Of a stretch of 64,000 nucleotides of DNA, positions 58,625-64,000 are shown one piece after another. How positions within the stretch are numbered: the stretch's first letter is position 1; each line of letters starts with the position of its first letter. The notes below the pieces were generated by a model. That model did no database searches. It saw nothing but the letters and a program-made list of their open reading frames with translations, and had not been told where the DNA came from. This DNA is from Vicugna vicugna (taxonomy: Eukaryota), in assembly GCA_013265495.1 (NCBI GenBank), contig MU061044.1:496001-560000 (forward strand). Direction: 5' to 3'. Both the position numbers and the translations under genes were made by a program.

Positions 58625-60075
58625 GTTTGGTGCATCAAGCTTCCCAAACAAGGAGAGATTTGATGAACGCAGTCTTGTGAGGTTGCTTCACCAAAACACA
58701 ATAGCCCCAAATCCAGAGAAACGCTCGTAATGTCTCTGCCCTTCCAGGACTATTCACAATGCACCTTGGTGTATTAGAGTGCTCAAAAAATCCTGCGCAA
58801 AACCTGTTTGTTGTCTAACCCACATTTCCCAAACTTCTCTGGTCTACCAAACCTTTTTCTCGGGACGCGTCTTAACAGTCCTCAGAAGCTAGGGTTCTGT
58901 GATGCCCCTGGAACACACTAGGTAGGTGGAAGGACCCAACACAGGCTGGGATCTCCCTCATCCCTGCTCTGATGAGCTGAGTGACCGTGACTGAATTATA
59001 CACCTGTAGGGCCTGCTTCCTCATTGGCTGGACGGGATAACCGTGGCTGTCCTCTCTCTCTTACAGGCGGTTCAGGCAGGTCACTGAGATCGTGTGCATG
59101 ACAAGGGTCAGGAGCTAGGACTCTGGGGTCCTTGACTGTTGATGATGAGTTTTGCTCCGATACCTTGTTTAGCAAAGGTGGAGTGGGGAAGGCACGAGGT
59201 CAAGGTTGTGAATTCCCTTTCCTAGCCCTCACTCTGCTATTCCTAACTGGGTTAATTGAGGGACTTTCAACAAGTCACTTCCCCATGGGGCCTGAGTTCC
59301 TTCACCCTGGGCTACCGGTTTTAGACTGGTTAATCTCTGAGGGTCTACTAGCTCTGCAATTCTGTGCTTCCATTTGGTTATGACAGGCAACTTCCCTACT
59401 CACCCCGGTGGCTCTTTCTCTCCTGAACCTTGCAGACCGCATCGCGTTGATTGGACCGGAGCGCGTCTGCGGTCAGCCCCAGCTACGAGGAGGTAACTAA
59501 AGAAGGATTTCTGGTGCTGCTGACAGCTTTGGAGGCAGGGCTGAGCCTTCTGGGAATGTCTACCTGACAATTCTTGACTTGATAGGCTAGCTTTTCTAGG
59601 CATGCCTTCTCTTCTCTCCCGTTGCTCAAGGGCTGCTCTGTCCAAACATGCAGTTCAGACAGCCTGTTGACAGATCCAGCAAAACAAAAGCATAGATGTG
59701 AGTCCTGAAAAGACAGTGGGCCTAAGAGTGGAGCAAAATTCCCCCAACAGGCATGAGGTAAACTGACGATGAAGCAGAATCCACATCAAATTCCTCTTTG
59801 CCACCTTCTCTCTTATCTGCCCCTCTGACCACAGCCATTTTCCAGCTTCATCAATGGTCCTTGATATCACGGATTTATTTATTTTTCTTTGATAGCACAG
59901 ATTTATAAGCAGTTGAATAAGAGGAGCTTTATGAAGAAGATGCAGACCTACTGAAAATCCCTCCTCTTCCATGAATTTAGGAAAATCCCAGAAAATCTTG
60001 ACTGGGTCAAAAGATTGACAGCGTGATAAGTATGGGGCCAAATGGGGAGGGATGAATTAGGGACAAGTGTTCTTT

Positions 60076-60112
60076 CCTTTTTTAGGGGGGAGCAGGGAGT
60101 AGGTAATTAGGT

Positions 60113-60172
<60 letters not shown>

Positions 60173-60247
60173 TGGAGGGACTAGGGATTGAACCCAGGAC
60201 CTAGTGCATGCTAAGCATGCGCTCTACCACTGAGCTAGACCCTCCCC
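60076..60247 (-). mobile_element. tRNA-derived SINE (camelid Vic-1-like) with an expanded (TAAA)15 tract
   Basis: Same consensus; the internal A-rich tract is expanded. Confidence 0.85.
60112..60171. repeat. (TTTA)15 microsatellite
   Basis: Perfect 4-bp period over 60 nt. Confidence 0.97.
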
Positions 60248-60344
60248 TTTGCCAGTGCTCTTCTTTTGGGTCCCTATATTGGGATCTATGGGGTCATCTA
60301 GGAGACTCCAAAATCCCAAAAGGGATTCAGAGCATCTTCGTGGG

Positions 60345-60460
60345 CAGGGTCCATTCAGTCACAAATATTTATTGGAGGCCCTACGGAGTTGAAGTTCTCT
60401 GGGGACACAGTGAGCTGGATAAAACACAGTTACTGCCCTTAAAGCTTAGAATCTACCTGT
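60345..60460 (-). mobile_element. L2 3' end fragment
   Basis: CATTCAGTCACAAATATTTATTG..CCTAC..CTGGGGACACAG..CTGCCCT is the reverse complement of the L2 tail. Confidence 0.6.
60368..60373 (-). terminator. FCAMR candidate poly(A) signal
   Basis: First minus-strand AATAAA after the stop, about 510 nt downstream, inside an L2 3' end. Confidence 0.55.
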
Positions 60461-60880
60461 AAAGAATATAATTCAGTGTGTGCAGCAGGCTGAGCGTGAA
60501 CAGATGTCAGAAAGTCGGGTGGCGGGGGACCTACCAAGGGCTAGGAGTGATGGCTGACAGGAAGCCTCTCATATTTTCAAAATTCCAGGAACGGAAATTG
60601 CACTTTTCCAGGTTCACTGACCTCCACCAGTAATTAACAAATCCTTTCTTGCAGGCTTCTTGGAGTCACACTGTCGCCTTTGGCTGTGGAAGACGCTTGG
60701 CCCAGTGATGTTCAGGCTTTGCTTCCCCAGATGGGGTCCCAGCTCCCCCAACTTCCCTTCGTACAGGCGGGGGAAGGAGAAGAGGCTGGGGTCATGGTGT
60801 TTGGTCCTGGTCTTCCTTCTATAGTGGCTGAGCAGCTCATCCTTCTACTCCTTGGGGTCCAGGGTCCCTCTCTGGGGCAG

Positions 60881-61020
60881 TCAGGCTGCATGGAGATGGG
60901 GAGGGTCATCCTGGAGCAGCTTCCTTCCCACCTGGGCCAGCAGATCAGGCTGGACGCTCAGCTCTGGGGACTGTGTCATCTGAATCAAGGTGACCTTCGA
61001 TGACTTCTTTATCTCCTGAG
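60881..61020 (-). CDS. FCAMR: FCAMR last exon coding part
   Basis: SQEIKKSSKVTLIQMTQSPELSVQPDLLAQVGRKLLQDDPPHLHAA, TGA at 60883-60881. Confidence 0.9.
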
Positions 61021-63158
61021 CTGCACAGACACAGAGGACACTGTGAGGGCCCTGGGTGCTGAATTCAATTTCCTGAGAATCCCCTGCTCCCACCACAAGT
61101 CTTCAAGAATTTTCTGACACAGAAAACTTGGAACTGAGATCCACCAGGATTGGGCCAGGCCTTCAGGGCCCTGGGTCTAATAATCTTAGCTCCCAGAACA
61201 TCTCACCCTTCCTTCACCAGGTCTAAACACCATGGAACACTCCCTTTAGGAGTGTGTAAATCTGGGCCCGTTGCTGTAAGAGACTTTCAGCTGGGCCGTG
61301 CAGAGAGGGCAAATGTAGTTTGGTTCCACATCTGGGCCCTGCACTCCTGCTACCTGCAGCCAGGGCTGCTCGTGTAGTTCGTACACCTACAGTTGGCCAC
61401 TTCTTGCCATCCTCCGAAGAACTTCTCCTAAAGCTCTGGGATGCCACTGAGACCTAAATGCGTGGATGCTTTTCTCATCTGATTGATAAAGAAATCAAGG
61501 AAGGCCCAGCTCACGAAATGGCTCAGACTAACATTTCTACATCTAGGAGTCCTGGCACCAAGTCTGACCCCACCCAGACCTGAGAGTGTCAGGTGGAAAC
61601 AAGCGCTCCCCTCTCCAGCCTTGGGGGCGACTTTCAATTCCACTCACAGTTCCTCTTTCTCTGGAGCTTCCTTCGCAACAGAACAAGAGCCGCCAGCGTC
61701 AGCAGGAACAGCATGGTGGAGAGTGGAGCCAGGACCCGAGAGATGCTTGTCCCTTCCAGAGGCACACTGGAGCGGAAGTAGCAGGAGTGGGGATGGGAAA
61801 GCACAGGAGAGGTGAGGTTGGAGCTGGGCAGGGGTCTGAAGACCCTTCAGCCCTCATCTCTCGTTCTACAGGGGAGAAGCAAGCCGGCTGTCCTCACTCC
61901 CATGGAGGGCTGGCTACAGAGCTGGGACCAGACCCCTGTCTTCAGGGTCCCAGGCCCTGCATCCTTTTCCCTACTCCACTGCCTGTGCGTGGGCCCCACT
62001 GATGGGCCACCATGCAAAAGAGAACTGAGTGAGGTCAGGGAATCTAAGCTTGGCACTGGGCTCTGCCACAATCTTTCCTTGTGGTTCACTGAGTCACCTC
62101 CCCTGCTGGAGCTTTGTTTCCTGATCTTAAAAAAAAAAAAGTCCCAAAGGTCCCACCTAAATATTCTGTTATTTTATTGTTGAGATTTTTCCTTGAAAAT
62201 CACATGAAAATACCCAGATGGCATTCTCCCAGCAAGGACCCTTGAATGAGGGAGGATTCTGACTTTGCATCCCTTGCTTTTTTACTGTCTTGCAGTTACA
62301 AAAGGGAGAGGAGAGAGCAGATGGAGAGGGGCACATGGGTCAGCTCACTGAAGGGGCCTGGAAAGGGATGGGGCAACCAAGAGGGGGTCCTTGGGGTTTA
62401 CCTCTTCATGGAGGAGTCCTTGCCTGGGGGCCTGAGGGGCCCTGCTGCCAGGGCCTGGCTCGGCGTTGCTTGGGGACCACCATCTCCAGGAGGGGTGTCT
62501 AGGTCCCTTTCACCGCTTCCCTCGGCAGAGGCCATCTCTATGCTGGTCGGCCCCAGGGTCCACACAACTGCAGCTGGTGTAGTTCCTTCAATGGAGTCCA
62601 GGGCTTGTGGCTTAGAAACCAACGTTTCACCGTGGAGGGTTGTCCACATCCATTTTTCTAAGACCCAGTTTGATGGCCTAATTGTCCCTATGACCTTCCC
62701 AGCTGTGTGCAGGGCTGTACTGACCCTCTGTGTTTCCCCCCTTTGCCCATCCGCCCCAGTCGTTGTCGCCCTCTCTCTTCTGCTGGCCCTGGTCCTGTTT
62801 GCGTCTGAGCTTCTGGTACCCCAAACCTTAGCAGCTTTTGTAGTACTGGACACACTTTTGATTGTTGAAGCTGGACTCAGTGGAGTGGGGACCGTTGCCC
62901 AGATGGGACCCCCTACCTGGCCACCTGTCCCTGGAGCTATGGTCGCAGTTGCTTCTGGGGTTTGCCTTCCCTTAGCTAAAGCTGTTGTTTTGCTAGTGTC
63001 TAGAGTCAGAGTAACACTGTCCCATCCTGTCCCCTGTCTTTCTATAGTCTGGATGGTTCCACGTGTCCATCTGTTGGCTGCTGGTGATGCTGTTTCAGAG
63101 GATCCCATGTTGGGCTCACCAGCAGCCGGAGTGGCTGTGGGGATGGTTCTGGAAAGAC
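60881..63158 (-). CDS. FCAMR: Fc alpha/mu receptor, 3' part only: 62402-63158 (mucin stalk), 61648-61766 (TM), 60881-61020 (tail)
   Basis: TIPTATPAAGE..ASPAANRWT..PPGKDSSMK, then SRVLAPLSTMLFLLTLAALVLLRRKL, then KVTLIQMT..LLQDD. Phases are consistent and the position is syntenic with PIGR. The Ig exon is outside the window. Confidence 0.95.
61648..61766 (-). CDS. FCAMR: FCAMR transmembrane exon
   Basis: 119 nt; CTCCAG acceptor, T|GTGAGT donor. Confidence 0.95.
62402..63158 (-). CDS. FCAMR: FCAMR mucin-like stalk exon
   Basis: 757 nt open frame, T/S/A/P-rich; CACACAG acceptor, AG|GTAAAC donor. Confidence 0.95.
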
Positions 63159-64000
63159 CTGTGTGAACAGCAAAGGAAAACCAAATGAGAAAGCTATCCG
63201 GGTTGCCTATGGCATTTAGCAATGATGCCAGTCTTGAGGTCTTTGCTATGTGGAATGGGACCTCACTGAGCAATGCAAACTTTGGCCAGTATGTTGGACA
63301 AAATAAAACATTGGGAAAACCAGATTTATCCTCCACTCTGTTGCAAATATTGACACTTTATGTTCCAATCTCCTTCTTTTATGCCCACATGCTCTCTCTC
63401 CACTTGCCCCAGGACCCCATGCTGTCCCCTTTCCTAGAAGCCCACAGCCAACCATGTATTTCTCTTCAAATAAGAAAAAAAAGAATTTTAGTTGCATTAG
63501 AGAGGGCAATCACAGCAGACGGTTAGATTGCAACATCTAACCAAACAAGCCCACCCTCCGGTGCTCTCGTGCCTGCCTGCACCATCTCTCCGGCAGACTG
63601 GCCTTTCACAGCCTGGATGCCCTGCGTGTCTGCACACTCTGGGCACCTGACTGGGGACCATCTCTGTGGAACTGGCCACCCAGGGCGTGGACCTGGTAGC
63701 TGTCGGATGTCTGCTGAGGAGCTCAGTCTCAGGAAGAGCCCAGTCCTCATTCTTCTGTCCTGCCCGTCTTACCTGCCCTGCAGGTCTGAACAGACATCAT
63801 GACCATAAGACGCCACATTATGCAATTCACCACCTTCATGGAACTCTCTTCAAATATATATGCCTCAGCATTTGGAGGGAATTGGGTAGAACAGCTTACT
63901 TGGCGGGGAGGTCTTCCCTAACACCTATCTTCCCTCTGAAGGGGGTTTCCTTCTGAAATGAAAGCCTACATCTTAAAGCCCTTGCCCTTCCCCAGCTTGT

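Noticed and set aside
1188-60247. All four young SINEs lie on the minus strand
   Set aside because: With four copies, a shared orientation has a 1-in-8 chance; not significant.
62246-63166. 306-aa + strand ORF
   Set aside because: Antisense shadow of the FCAMR mucin exon, ending almost at its acceptor; no independent promoter, splice or family signal.
63160-64000. Search for the FCAMR Ig-domain exon; a good minus-strand donor GCAG|GTAAGA lies near 63770
   Set aside because: No Ig-like frame or clear acceptor upstream; the exon must lie beyond the window.
1-64000. CRISPR arrays, rRNA, operons or defence systems
   Set aside because: This is spliced mammalian DNA; I saw no regularly spaced repeats or structural RNA genes.

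Overview
Mammalian genomic DNA, most likely a camelid (alpaca, llama or camel), judged from four copies of a tRNA-derived SINE resembling Vic-1. The window holds the conserved IL24-FCMR-PIGR-FCAMR block. IL24 is on the + strand (7 exons; predicted 183-aa protein from ATG 7877). FCMR is on the - strand (8 coding exons, 419 aa), as is PIGR (non-coding exon 1 plus 10 coding exons, 762 aa). Only the last three exons of FCAMR (- strand) are present; its Ig-domain exon lies beyond the right edge. All exons were placed by GT-AG boundaries, phase continuity and similarity to human/mouse orthologues recalled from memory; no database search was run. The rest is intron or intergenic DNA with MIR, L2, L1, MLT1 and hAT elements, plus two short N gaps. 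I found no new gene or wholly new system. The most interesting signals are: (1) a 65/67-identical direct repeat bracketing the FCMR Ig exon; (2) a preserved second reading frame for soluble FcmuR; (3) a nonsense codon in the IL24 leader, which also carries several uORFs; (4) IL24 AU-rich elements that read as the first canonical FCMR poly(A) signals on the other strand; (5) a frameshifted FCAMR C-terminus; (6) three co-oriented consensus CTCF motifs; (7) a CCAAT/GC-box promoter signature inside FCMR.
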